From assembly GCA_031368215.1 (NCBI GenBank), contig JANLRD010000276.1, forward strand, positions 12,865-76,864: DNA of 64,000 nucleotides, given 5' to 3'. This stretch comes from Acidimicrobiia bacterium. Its GTDB lineage: Bacteria > Actinomycetota > Acidimicrobiia > Acidimicrobiales > JANYDT01. Shown piece after piece: positions 38,997 through 48,700 of the stretch (within the stretch, counting starts at the first letter, position 1; the number at the start of each line of letters is the position of its first letter). The notes under the pieces were generated by a model. It ran no database searches. It worked only from the letters and a program-made list of their open reading frames with translations, and was not told where the DNA came from. A program made the translations under genes and the position numbers.

Positions 38997-40715
38997 CTAC
39001 GCGCCGGCGAACTGCTTGGTCAGCTCGCGTTTCAGGAACTTCCCGGCGGCGTTGCGGGGTAGGGGCTCGTCGATCACGAAGACCTTCGTGGGCACCTTGA
39101 ACGACGCCAGCTTCGTCCCCACATGGGCCTGTAGCACCGCCGGTTCGAGCGTGGCCCCGGGAAGCATGTGCACCGCGACGGCGACCTCCTCGCCGAGACG
39201 GGGATGCTCGAGGCCGAACACCGCAGCTTCGTGGATGCCCGGCAGTTCGTAGATCACCGCTTCGATCTCTGCGCAATAGACATTCTCGCCGCCGCGCAGG
39301 ATCATGTCCTTCGCGCGGTCCTCGATGTACAGGAACCCGTCCTCGTCGAGCCGACCGATATCGCCGCTGATCAGCCACCCGTCGACGATCGTCTCCGCAG
39401 TTGCCTCTGGCTTGTTCCAGTAGCCCCGGATCAAGTTCGGGCCGCGGAACCAGATGTCACCCCGTTCGCCCACTGGCAGAGGCTGGCGATCCAGCCCGCG
39501 GATCTCCAGGTCCATGACGGGGACCCAGCGGCCGGTGCTCGTCGGGTGTTCGAGATAGTCCCGGCCGCGGTTGCCCGGGCCATACGCGTTCGTCTCGGTC
39601 ATGCCGTAGCCGAGCACGGGTCCGCCGCCTTTCAACGAGCCCGCCACCTTCCGCACCAGCGCGGCCGGCGCCGGCGCGCCGCCACCGCCGACATCGCGCA
39701 GCGATGAGGTGTCGAACTCGTCGAAGCGCGGATGGTTGACGAGATCCCAACTCTGCGTGGGCACACCGGTGAAGTTCGTTATCCGCTCACGCTCGATGAG
39801 TTCCAGCGCTTTTTCGGCATCCCACTTGTACATGACGACGAGCTTCAGGCCACCGCCGAAGCAGGACAGCATCACCGGCACGCAACCGGTCACGTGGAAC
39901 AGCGGCACGATCAGGATGAACGACGGCTTCGACGCTGAAGGCGGCGCGGCACCGGGACGCATCGACTCGATGACCCCGCGCATCTGGAAGGCCATCAGTG
40001 CCTGGCAGATCGCCCGGTGCGTCGACACCGCGCCCTTCGGCCGGCCCGTGGTCCCCGACGTGTAGAGGATCGTGGCATCCATGTCGGGCGTGACGTTCAC
40101 GTTCGGCGCGGGCGTTCCCGGAACCACCGCGTCGTTCCACGCGACCACGCCGGGACGCGGCGACTTCATACGTACGCCTATTATCTTGATGCCGAGCCGA
40201 TCGCAGGCAGCCATGCCCCGGTCGAGACGCTCGTCGTCGGCGATGAGCACCGAAGCGCCGGAATCCTCCAGCGCGTAGGCCAACTCGTCTTCGGTCCACC
40301 AACTGTTCATGGAAACCGAGATGCCACCGGCCGAGATGATCCCGGCAAACGCCATGATCCACTCGGGAAAGTTGCGCATGGCAACCGCGACACGGTCACC
40401 CGGCTTGATCCCGAAGTCGTTCATCATTGCGGCCGCCAACGCGTCGACGCTCGACATCACTTCGGCGAACGAGTGCGTCTCCTCCTCGTAGACGATAAAG
40501 GGATCGTCACCGTTTGCCCGACCCCGATCGAACACCTCGCACAAGGTCTTCGGTGCATCGACAAACACCTTCGTTGCCAGGCCACCGACGTCGACCGTCG
40601 CGACCTCGAAGGGCGCGCCGGGCGCCGTCAGCTGGGCGGCGACGGCATGGAAGGTCTGGGCGTAGGTCAGCTCGGACGCAGGGGCGGTGTCATTCACGGC
40701 AGACGAGTCAAGCAC
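38997..40715 (-). CDS. AMP-dependent acyl-CoA synthetase/ligase (FadD-like)
   Basis: 572 aa. Motifs YTSGTTGRPKG, GYGMTE, and a C-terminal GKFLKR. Confidence 0.9.
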   Translation of the reverse strand: MLDSSAVNDTAPASELTYAQTFHAVAAQLTAPGAPFEVATVDVGGLATKVFVDAPKTLCEVFDRGRANGDDPFIVYEEETHSFAEVMSSVDALAAAMMNDFGIKPGDRVAVAMRNFPEWIMAFAGIISAGGISVSMNSWWTEDELAYALEDSGASVLIADDERLDRGMAACDRLGIKIIGVRMKSPRPGVVAWNDAVVPGTPAPNVNVTPDMDATILYTSGTTGRPKGAVSTHRAICQALMAFQMRGVIESMRPGAAPPSASKPSFILIVPLFHVTGCVPVMLSCFGGGLKLVVMYKWDAEKALELIERERITNFTGVPTQSWDLVNHPRFDEFDTSSLRDVGGGGAPAPAALVRKVAGSLKGGGPVLGYGMTETNAYGPGNRGRDYLEHPTSTGRWVPVMDLEIRGLDRQPLPVGERGDIWFRGPNLIRGYWNKPEATAETIVDGWLISGDIGRLDEDGFLYIEDRAKDMILRGGENVYCAEIEAVIYELPGIHEAAVFGLEHPRLGEEVAVAVHMLPGATLEPAVLQAHVGTKLASFKVPTKVFVIDEPLPRNAAGKFLKRELTKQFAGA

Positions 40716-40788
40716 CGCAAAGGTGACTCCGGGCCGCTGCTACCTCGCAGCCTCCGGCCGACGGCCCTCGAGCTCGGTGCGGTGGCGG

Positions 40789-43107
40789 CTACACGCTCAC
40801 CGGAACGGGCTGGAGCACTTCAGGCTCCGCGTGGTGGCCCTCCACGTTGACCTTCGGCAGGAGCCGATCGAGCCACTTCGGCAGCCACCAGTTCCTGTCG
40901 CCGAGCAACTCCATCGTGGCGGGCACCAACAGCATGCGGACGATCGTGGCGTCGAGGAACACCGCGACAGCGAGGCCGATGCCGAACATCTTGACCGTTC
41001 GGGTGTCCTCGAACACGAACGCCCCGAACACGACGACCATGATCGCCCCCGCCGCCGTGATCACGCGCGCCGTCATCGCCAGACCGTCGGCGACCGCCGA
41101 CGCGTTGTCCTTGGTGCGGTCGAACTCCTCCTTCATCCGCGAGAGGAGGAACACCTCGTAGTCCATGGAAAGCCCGAAGACGATGGCAAAGAGCATCATC
41201 GGCAGGAACGGCTCGATCGGACCGCCCTTGCCCACACCGACGAGCGACGCGCCCCAACCCCACTGGAACACCGCGACCACCACACCGTACGCCGCGCCGA
41301 TCGACAGCAGGTTCATGATGACGGCCTTGAGCGGCACCAGCAGCGAGCGGAATACCGCCATGAGCAACAGGAACGACAGGCCGAGCACGGCACCGAAGAA
41401 CACCGGAGTGCGGCCCGCGAGGTAGCCCGAGAAGTCGATGTTCGACGGGGTCGAACCGGTCACGTAGGGCGTGAGCGTGGCATCTCCCACTGCCGCGGGG
41501 ATCACCTCGTCACGAAGCCGATGGACGAGTCCCTCCGTGGATTCGTCCTGGGCCGAACTCTTCGCCACGATGCGGACGAGTGCGGCGGTCGGCGAGGTCG
41601 GCTTGTTCGGGATCGGCGGCGAGGCGAATGCGACATTCGGATCAGCGCTGATCGCCGTGCTGACCTTGCCGAGCAGCGCCAAGTCGTCGGCACCGGAGAT
41701 CTCGGCGACCACGAGCATCGGAGACGCGAAGCCGGGGCCGAAGGATGCGGCGATCGTGTCGTACGCGACGCGGGCGTCGGTGCCCTTCGGCAGGTTGCCC
41801 TCGTCGGCGAAGCCGAGACGCAGAGACAGCACGGGGGCGGCGAGGAGTCCGAGGGCGATGAAGCCGACGATGGCCATCGGCCACGGCCGATGCTGGACCA
41901 CACGGCTCCAGCGATACCAGATCGTTTCGCGCAGCGGCTTCTCCGCCCGGTGCGGAAGCTCTCGCCGAAGAGCAGGAACGAAGAAGCTGGCGATCAACGT
42001 GCCGGCAATGCCGACGACTCCGATCAGACCGACCGCGTTGATCTTGACGCCCAGCCCGAGAAACGCAACGGCGAGGAAACCCGCCGAGATGATCCCGCGC
42101 CAACGTGTGATGGCGACCCGCGCTCCGGCAAAGCCGAGCAGCGCAGGAAGCAGGGTCATCGTGGCCGCGAGCACGGCCAGCACGGTGATCGCCGCGCCCG
42201 TTGCGAGCCCCTGGATGAACTTGAGGCCCATCAGCCACATGCCCATGACGCTGATCACCACGGTCACGCCGGCGAACACGACGGCGCGCCCGGCGGTGTC
42301 CATCGACTCCACTGTCGCATCCTCGAACGACATCCCGGCGCGCAGGTTGTCGCGGTATCGGGTGAGGATGAAGAGCGCGTAGTCAATGCCAACGCCGAGA
42401 CCGATCATGATCGCCACGAACGACGTGAAATCGGGGATCTGGATGACGCGCGACAGGAGCACGACGATCCCGGAACCCACGAAGATGCCCGAGATCGCGG
42501 TCCCGATCGGCAGACCCATGGCGAGCACCGACCCGAACGCCAGGATCAAGATCACCACCGCGAACGCGAGACCGATGAGCTCGGAGGCCGGGGGCTTGAA
42601 CTCGGCGAACGTCTGACCGCCGAGCAAGACCTCGGTACCCTCGATCTGGGGAACCGCCGCACGAATCGCCTTGCCGATCTTGTTCACGCGCTCTTGGCCG
42701 ACGCCGCGCGCCAGGTCGACGTTGGCATACGCGACCCTTCCAGCATTCGGACCCGACGTCGCGATCTGTTCCGCGCCCCGGGGCGAGAAGGGTGACGCCA
42801 CTGTCACCTGAGGGATCTTCGCGACGGTTGCGAAGAGCTTCTCCAGCGGCACGCGCACGGCCGGGTCGTCGAAGCTCCTGTCCGTCTTCACCACGATCTG
42901 CCCACCGAACCCGTTCGAGTCGATCCCGAAACCCTTGCGGAGCACGTCGAAGCCCTTGGTGCTCTCCGTCCGCTTCAGGCCGAACTCGGTTCGGTAGTTC
43001 GGGCCGACGGCACCCTGCGCTGCGCCGATGACGACAAAGGCGATCACCCAGAGCCCGAGAACGATGCGACGTCGGCGGAAGCAGAACCGAGCGAGAGAGG
43101 CAAGCAC
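40789..43107 (-). CDS. MMPL-family (RND-superfamily) transporter
   Basis: GTG 43107 is preceded by AGGAG. 772 aa with two 6-TM bundles and two large extracytoplasmic loops. Confidence 0.9.
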   Translation of the reverse strand: MLASLARFCFRRRRIVLGLWVIAFVVIGAAQGAVGPNYRTEFGLKRTESTKGFDVLRKGFGIDSNGFGGQIVVKTDRSFDDPAVRVPLEKLFATVAKIPQVTVASPFSPRGAEQIATSGPNAGRVAYANVDLARGVGQERVNKIGKAIRAAVPQIEGTEVLLGGQTFAEFKPPASELIGLAFAVVILILAFGSVLAMGLPIGTAISGIFVGSGIVVLLSRVIQIPDFTSFVAIMIGLGVGIDYALFILTRYRDNLRAGMSFEDATVESMDTAGRAVVFAGVTVVISVMGMWLMGLKFIQGLATGAAITVLAVLAATMTLLPALLGFAGARVAITRWRGIISAGFLAVAFLGLGVKINAVGLIGVVGIAGTLIASFFVPALRRELPHRAEKPLRETIWYRWSRVVQHRPWPMAIVGFIALGLLAAPVLSLRLGFADEGNLPKGTDARVAYDTIAASFGPGFASPMLVVAEISGADDLALLGKVSTAISADPNVAFASPPIPNKPTSPTAALVRIVAKSSAQDESTEGLVHRLRDEVIPAAVGDATLTPYVTGSTPSNIDFSGYLAGRTPVFFGAVLGLSFLLLMAVFRSLLVPLKAVIMNLLSIGAAYGVVVAVFQWGWGASLVGVGKGGPIEPFLPMMLFAIVFGLSMDYEVFLLSRMKEEFDRTKDNASAVADGLAMTARVITAAGAIMVVVFGAFVFEDTRTVKMFGIGLAVAVFLDATIVRMLLVPATMELLGDRNWWLPKWLDRLLPKVNVEGHHAEPEVLQPVPVSV

Positions 43108-43208
43108 AAACAACTCCTGATGAAAGGGACGGATGGGCTGCCGAAGAGGCGGCCGGGAAACGCGACTTCCGACCGTAGCCAAGCGATCGCGCGCACCATC
43201 GACGAGAC

Positions 43209-43227
43209 CGGTGACTGTCGTCACCCG
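43209..43227. promoter_or_regulatory. palindrome CGGTGA-CTGTCG-TCACCCG, twin of 1917..1935
   Basis: Read directly. It is identical to the 1917 site except for the two central bases. It lies about 100 nt upstream of the MMPL start and about 57 nt after the pbpC stop. Confidence 0.35.
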
Positions 43228-43283
43228 GACGGTCGAGCAGCGGTCAGCGGTGCAGGCCGAGCGCAGGCGCGAGGCCGTACGAA

Positions 43284-45740
43284 TCAGGTCCGGACCGTGA
43301 ACCGCTGGCACGCGCGGGTGCCAGCGGCGTCGACGACGCACGCCTCATGTCGGCCGGTGACGGGACGCCACCAGCCGCCGTCGACCCGAGCCCTGTTCAC
43401 GGTGAACGAATACGGCGGCGAACCTCCGATGGCCCGGAGGGCGAGCTCCTGCGCGAGCGCACGGGTCGGATCGAGCACGTAGATGCCGCGGCCGCTGGGT
43501 GAGAGCACGCTCAGCGGCGCCGATGGCGCCGTTCGAACCTTGTCGCCGGGTTTCGCTCCGGACGCCGCACCCGGGCGGGCCGGATCGTCGCTCGACGACG
43601 CCACCGCCACCTGGCGCGGATCGTCGGCGCGCACCCACTCCTCCACCCGCTCGGTGCACGACGAGCGGTGGCACACCGCCGCCCGGACCAGCCCACCCGG
43701 GGCTTCGGGGAGAAGGGCTCGTGTGGGGTCGTTGCGGAGGCGTTCGTCGGCCGCCAGCATGACCGCCCGGAACACCGGCCCGGCGCCGGTGACCCCGCTC
43801 GCCCGACGCAAGGGCGTCCGGTCGAAGTTGCCGACCCACACGCCGACCGTTACCCGCCCCGACGAACCGATCACCCAGTTGTCGTGGAAGTCCGACGACG
43901 TCCCCGTCTTCGCCGAAACGGGAAAGTCGAAACGCAACGCACTCGATCGACCGAAGGCCGGTGCGCGTGCCTCGTTGTCGGCGAGCACGTCGGTGACCAG
44001 GAATGCCGCCTGGCGTGACACGACACGTTCCCCTTCCTGCACCGGCGCAGGCTCACTGATCACCGGCTGCAGGGAGCGTCCGCCGCGGGCAAACGAGGCG
44101 TAGGCCGCAGTGAGATGCAGGAGATCGACCTCGGCCGCACCGAGAGCCATGGACAACCCGTAGGTGGAGTTCGGCAGCGTGATCCCGGATCTCCGCAAGA
44201 GGGCGGCGAGATCGTCCGGTCCGTGTTCGGCCAAGACCCGGACTGCGGGGACGTTGACCGACTGCGCGAGTGCCTCACGAAGCGTCAGCTCACCGCGGAA
44301 ACGCTTGTCGTAGTTCCGTGGACGGAATTCTCGCGACGCACCGGTAGCGACGAAGGGTGCGTCGTCGACCAGGTCGCCTGGTCCCGCTCCTTCGTCGAAA
44401 GCCAGGGCGTAGACGAAGGCTTTGATGATCGAGCCGGTCTGGCGAGGTTGGCGAACGCCGTCGATCATGCCGCCCCGATCGGCGGTGAGAGCGCCCGACC
44501 ACCCTCCGCTTCCCTCGTAGGCGCGAATCGCGCCGGTGGCGTTGTCGAGAACGACGACCGAGACGTTCGCCGCTCCATAGGACGCCAGCAGCTTTCGCTG
44601 GTGCGCAGCGATCCCGGCAACATCGGCCTGCAGGGCGGCGTCGATCGTGGTGACGATACGCGTGCTTTCATCCAAGCCTTTACTATCTGTACGCTTACTA
44701 TGCAGGGGCCTATTATCAGTGCGCGTAGCATCGCTGGGCCCAGCTTTACCGGAGCCTCTGTCCGGGTTCGGGCAGACGACCGAAGCGCAGATCGATCCGT
44801 CGCGGACAGCTCGGACGAAGTGCGGCGCAATCGGCGTCGGGAGGGAGGCCGAGATCCGGATCGGTTCTTTGCGCGCCGCCGTCTCCTCGCGTCGAGAGAT
44901 GGCACCCATCCCGCGCAGTCGGCTGAGAATCCATCGCTGACGGGTCAACGCGGCGGTCGGACTACGCCGGGGATCGAAGCGCGACGGCCGTTGAGGAATC
45001 GCCGCCAGGTATGCCGCCTGGGCCCACGTCAGCTGCGACGGCGAGATCTCGAAGTAGGCCTGGGCGGCGGCATCCGCCCCGACGACGGCACCGCCGTACG
45101 GTGCTTCCGCCAGGTACGACGACAGGATCTTTTGTTTGCTGAAACGGTGCTCCAACCGCACGGCGTAGAGCGCTTCGCGTACTTTCTCGGCGATCCCCCG
45201 GTTGGCCCGGCCGCCCCTCGCCGCGGTCCTGCGGACCTTGACGAGTTGCTGGGTGATCGTCGATCCCCCCTGCACCAGAGCACCGGCGCGCACGTCGGCC
45301 GCCACTGCTCGGCCTACGGCAAACGGATCGACGCCGACATGCGACGCGAATCGCTCGTCCTCGGCGGCGATCGTGGCCGCGGCCAACCGAGGTGCCAGCC
45401 GGGAAAGCGGGAATCGGCCCGACGATCCTCCGGCCGACGCGCCCGCCGACGCGAGCCCGAGGACGCGCGCCGACACTGCGTCGAGCGGGACGCCGTGGCG
45501 GTCCAGCACGGCGATGCCGACCGATGGCGCACGCACGCTGGCCGGAACCGGGCCGAGCCGAACGAGCGACCCCGTCGCGACGAGCACGGCAGCGGCCAAC
45601 GCGCTGCGGCGCGCCCACCGCCGGCGTCGCAGACGGCGAGGAGCCGCCGGACTCGGCCCGCCCTCGGGTGAGGGCGAGGGCGATACCGGTGACGCTGCCA
45701 CTGGCGATAGAGCTAGCGATGGAGATGGCGTACCGGTCAT
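43284..45740 (-). CDS. pbpC: penicillin-binding protein 1C-type bifunctional transglycosylase/transpeptidase
   Basis: 818 aa. N-terminal TM, GT51 motif GGSTITQQLVK, transpeptidase motifs SIIK / SVN / KTGTS, and a PBP1C-type C-terminal beta domain. Confidence 0.9.
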   Translation of the reverse strand: MTGTPSPSLALSPVAASPVSPSPSPEGGPSPAAPRRLRRRRWARRSALAAAVLVATGSLVRLGPVPASVRAPSVGIAVLDRHGVPLDAVSARVLGLASAGASAGGSSGRFPLSRLAPRLAAATIAAEDERFASHVGVDPFAVGRAVAADVRAGALVQGGSTITQQLVKVRRTAARGGRANRGIAEKVREALYAVRLEHRFSKQKILSSYLAEAPYGGAVVGADAAAQAYFEISPSQLTWAQAAYLAAIPQRPSRFDPRRSPTAALTRQRWILSRLRGMGAISRREETAARKEPIRISASLPTPIAPHFVRAVRDGSICASVVCPNPDRGSGKAGPSDATRTDNRPLHSKRTDSKGLDESTRIVTTIDAALQADVAGIAAHQRKLLASYGAANVSVVVLDNATGAIRAYEGSGGWSGALTADRGGMIDGVRQPRQTGSIIKAFVYALAFDEGAGPGDLVDDAPFVATGASREFRPRNYDKRFRGELTLREALAQSVNVPAVRVLAEHGPDDLAALLRRSGITLPNSTYGLSMALGAAEVDLLHLTAAYASFARGGRSLQPVISEPAPVQEGERVVSRQAAFLVTDVLADNEARAPAFGRSSALRFDFPVSAKTGTSSDFHDNWVIGSSGRVTVGVWVGNFDRTPLRRASGVTGAGPVFRAVMLAADERLRNDPTRALLPEAPGGLVRAAVCHRSSCTERVEEWVRADDPRQVAVASSSDDPARPGAASGAKPGDKVRTAPSAPLSVLSPSGRGIYVLDPTRALAQELALRAIGGSPPYSFTVNRARVDGGWWRPVTGRHEACVVDAAGTRACQRFTVRT

Positions 45741-45778
45741 GGTCCCAGTCCCGACACTGTCCGGAGCGGAGGTGCCGC

Positions 45779-48700
45779 TCAGCGCTTCGGCGCCGTCACC
45801 GTGACAACGGTTGGCGCCGAACGGCCGTAGACACTTGTCCGGTACATCTCTTCGGCATGGGTCGGCGCGGCGACGAACCGTCCCGGAGCAGTGGCCCGAG
45901 CCGTGTAGGTGTAACGGAACGTACCGGGCTCGAGCTGCGTGGCGAAGAGCAGCACGCGATCGTCTCGCACCTCGGTGTGATCGACACCTGCGGACTCCGC
46001 GGTCGAGACGCCATCGGTGGAGTCGACCGTTGGGGTGGACCCGGTGTCGCCGCTGCCCTCCGTCGATCCGGTCGCCGTGGACACCAACTTGGCGTCGAGC
46101 GCCTCGAAACCGGCGGGGAGCGCGTCGTCGACGACGACGTTGCTGCGACGGTCGGGCGTCGTGACGATCAACTCGACCGTTACCAGGTCACCGGCGGCGA
46201 ACGTCGTCGCCGGCCTTCCGAAGATCGATTTGACTCCGTTGTACGGGAAGTACGAGCGCTCGACGCTGAACCCCTGATTGCGGGCTTTGAGCGTCTCGGC
46301 AGGAAGGGCATAGCGAAGCTGCGCGGACCAGTGGAGCGTGCCCTGGCCCTTCGCCGCGGCCGCGAGCGGGAAGCTCGCCGCGCCGAGGTCACGCAAGGGG
46401 AACTGCGTCGACACGACGTCGAGCGAGGTCGGTCCGAGCTTCTCGGTGAGGGCGACTGCGCCGGCCTTGACCAGGGCATCGATCGACGGCTTCACCTTTT
46501 CGCTGAACCGGGCGATGTCGGTGAACGACCGGAGCACGGCCCCGTTGCTGTAGGTGTCGCCCCACGTGCCGTTCGTCCGCTTGTTCAACAACCAACGAGA
46601 CATCGGCGCGATGAGCGGATGGTAGGGGTCGACCTTCGTCAGCAGCGAGAGAAGGTCGGCGGTTGCCACGACGGAGCCCGAGCCCCGGTACGAGAACCAC
46701 GAGCCGTACCAGTCCTCCGGTGCCTCCACCGACGCCTCGTCGCCGTCGAGGCGCACCGAGGCGAGCAGGTCGCGGAACAGCCGTTCCGGGACCGTTCCGG
46801 TGTCACCTGCCGCGAGCATGGCATCGAGCAGCGCAACCTGCTCGGTGTAGGGCACCGAGTCGTCAGCCGCAAGCTCATTGGCGAGGGTCGTGACGAGACC
46901 ACGTTCGGGCCGACCGGCACGAGCGAGTACCGCAGCCACCGTGGCTCGCGCCGTGGTGATGTCGCCGGCGCCTTCCTGACCGTCACCGGTGGTGAGATCG
47001 CGGACCTGGCCACTGAGGTGATCACGAAGCTGGGCGATCATGCCGGGCGGCGTCCGGAACTTCGCTGCCCGGGCTTCGAGCAGAAGATCGAGCACCTTTG
47101 CGGTCAGGAACGTGTCGCTCACCGTCCCGCCAGGCCAGTACGACAGTCCTCCGTCGTCGGCCCAATACTGCGTCAGGTTGTTCAGCTCGGCCTGGACGCG
47201 CGTCTTCAGGGCAGCGGGAGCCAACCCGGGCAGCTCGTAGCGGCCCTCCAGGGACGACAGCGCCAAGATGACCTTCAATCGTGACGAGCGCTGCTCCAGG
47301 CATCCGTACGGATAGTCGACGAGCGACTCGACCGATTCCTGGAGACCGGCGAGGTTCGACGACGACACCCGGAGTGTCAGTCCACCGACGCCGGCGATGG
47401 CTCCGGCCGGCACCTTCACGGTCTCGACCGGACCCACCGCGCCTGCGGCTGTGGCCTTCACCTGTCCGGACGTGGCGACGGTATCGAAGCGCTGCGTGAG
47501 CAGCACAGGGATCGATGCGGCCGCGGCGTCCTTCGTCCCGGGCGACGAACCGTCGCCGAAGGTGCCGCGCAAGGTCAGCGCGGCATCGCCGAGTTTCGTT
47601 GCTCGCAGGGTGAAGCGGACCTCCGTCGGTGAGGACCCCAACGCCGGCAGCGTGATGCTCTTCGGTCCATCGAGCGTGAGGGGGCTGTCGGCCGGAAGGT
47701 CGAGGGTGACGGTGGCCGGCCCGGTGGTGCCGGAAAGGTTCTGGACCACGGCGCCGGCCTCAAACCGGTCGCCGATCGACACGAAGCGAGGCAGCGCCGG
47801 ACGAACCTGGAAGGGGGTCGAGATGCGAAGTTCGGAATCGTCGGAGCCGAAGCGGTCTGCGCCACTCGTGGCCACGGCGATCACGCGGTAGGCCGTGAGG
47901 GACTCTGGCAGCTTCAGCGCCACGGTGGCCTCGCCGTTGTCTCCGACCTTCACCGAAGCAGACCAGGCGGCGAGGATCCGGAAGTCGGTTCGGACGCCGT
48001 TGCCAGTGTCGTCCTCACCGCCGCCACCACCAGGCTCGGGGGAGAACGCCGGCGCGGCGTCGCCCTTGGCGGCGTCGGCGAACTCGTCGGCACCGACCTT
48101 GACCAGTCGCATGCGGCTGTCGCTGGTGCTCACGTCGAGATTGCGCTGCTCATAGAAGGCGCTCAGGAGATCGGGTGTTTGGTAGTTCGTGAGCCGGAGC
48201 ACCCCCTCGTCGACCGCCCAGAGGGTCACTTCACCGGAGGCGGGCTTGCCGTCGGCACCGACGACTTTGACGGTGGCGGTGCCCTCGGCACCGGGGAGGT
48301 ACTCCTTGCGGTCGGCCGACACCGCTACCTTGAGCTTCTGCGCGGTCGGCGGCACCGGCAGGTTCACCGAACCGGTGAGCACCGCGGGTCTCCCCCGGTC
48401 ACCGTTGGTCGACGCCATCGGTTCCGTCCGCCCCTTCGTCAGCGTGACCGACGCGTAGACGTTCGGGGTGAACTCGGCGGCGATCGGCACATCGATCACC
48501 GCGGCCGAACTCGTCACCTCGAATCGCCGGGCCTCGACCACACCATTGCGCTCGAGCGTCAGGAGACCCGATGCCTTCGTCCACGGTGACTTGATCAAGA
48601 TCTTGGCCGTGTCGCCGGCGGCGTAGGTTTGCTTGTCGGCGACCAGTTCGACGGTCGGCGAGTCGCTGTTCTCCTCCCACGCGACTTCGCCGGCACCGAT

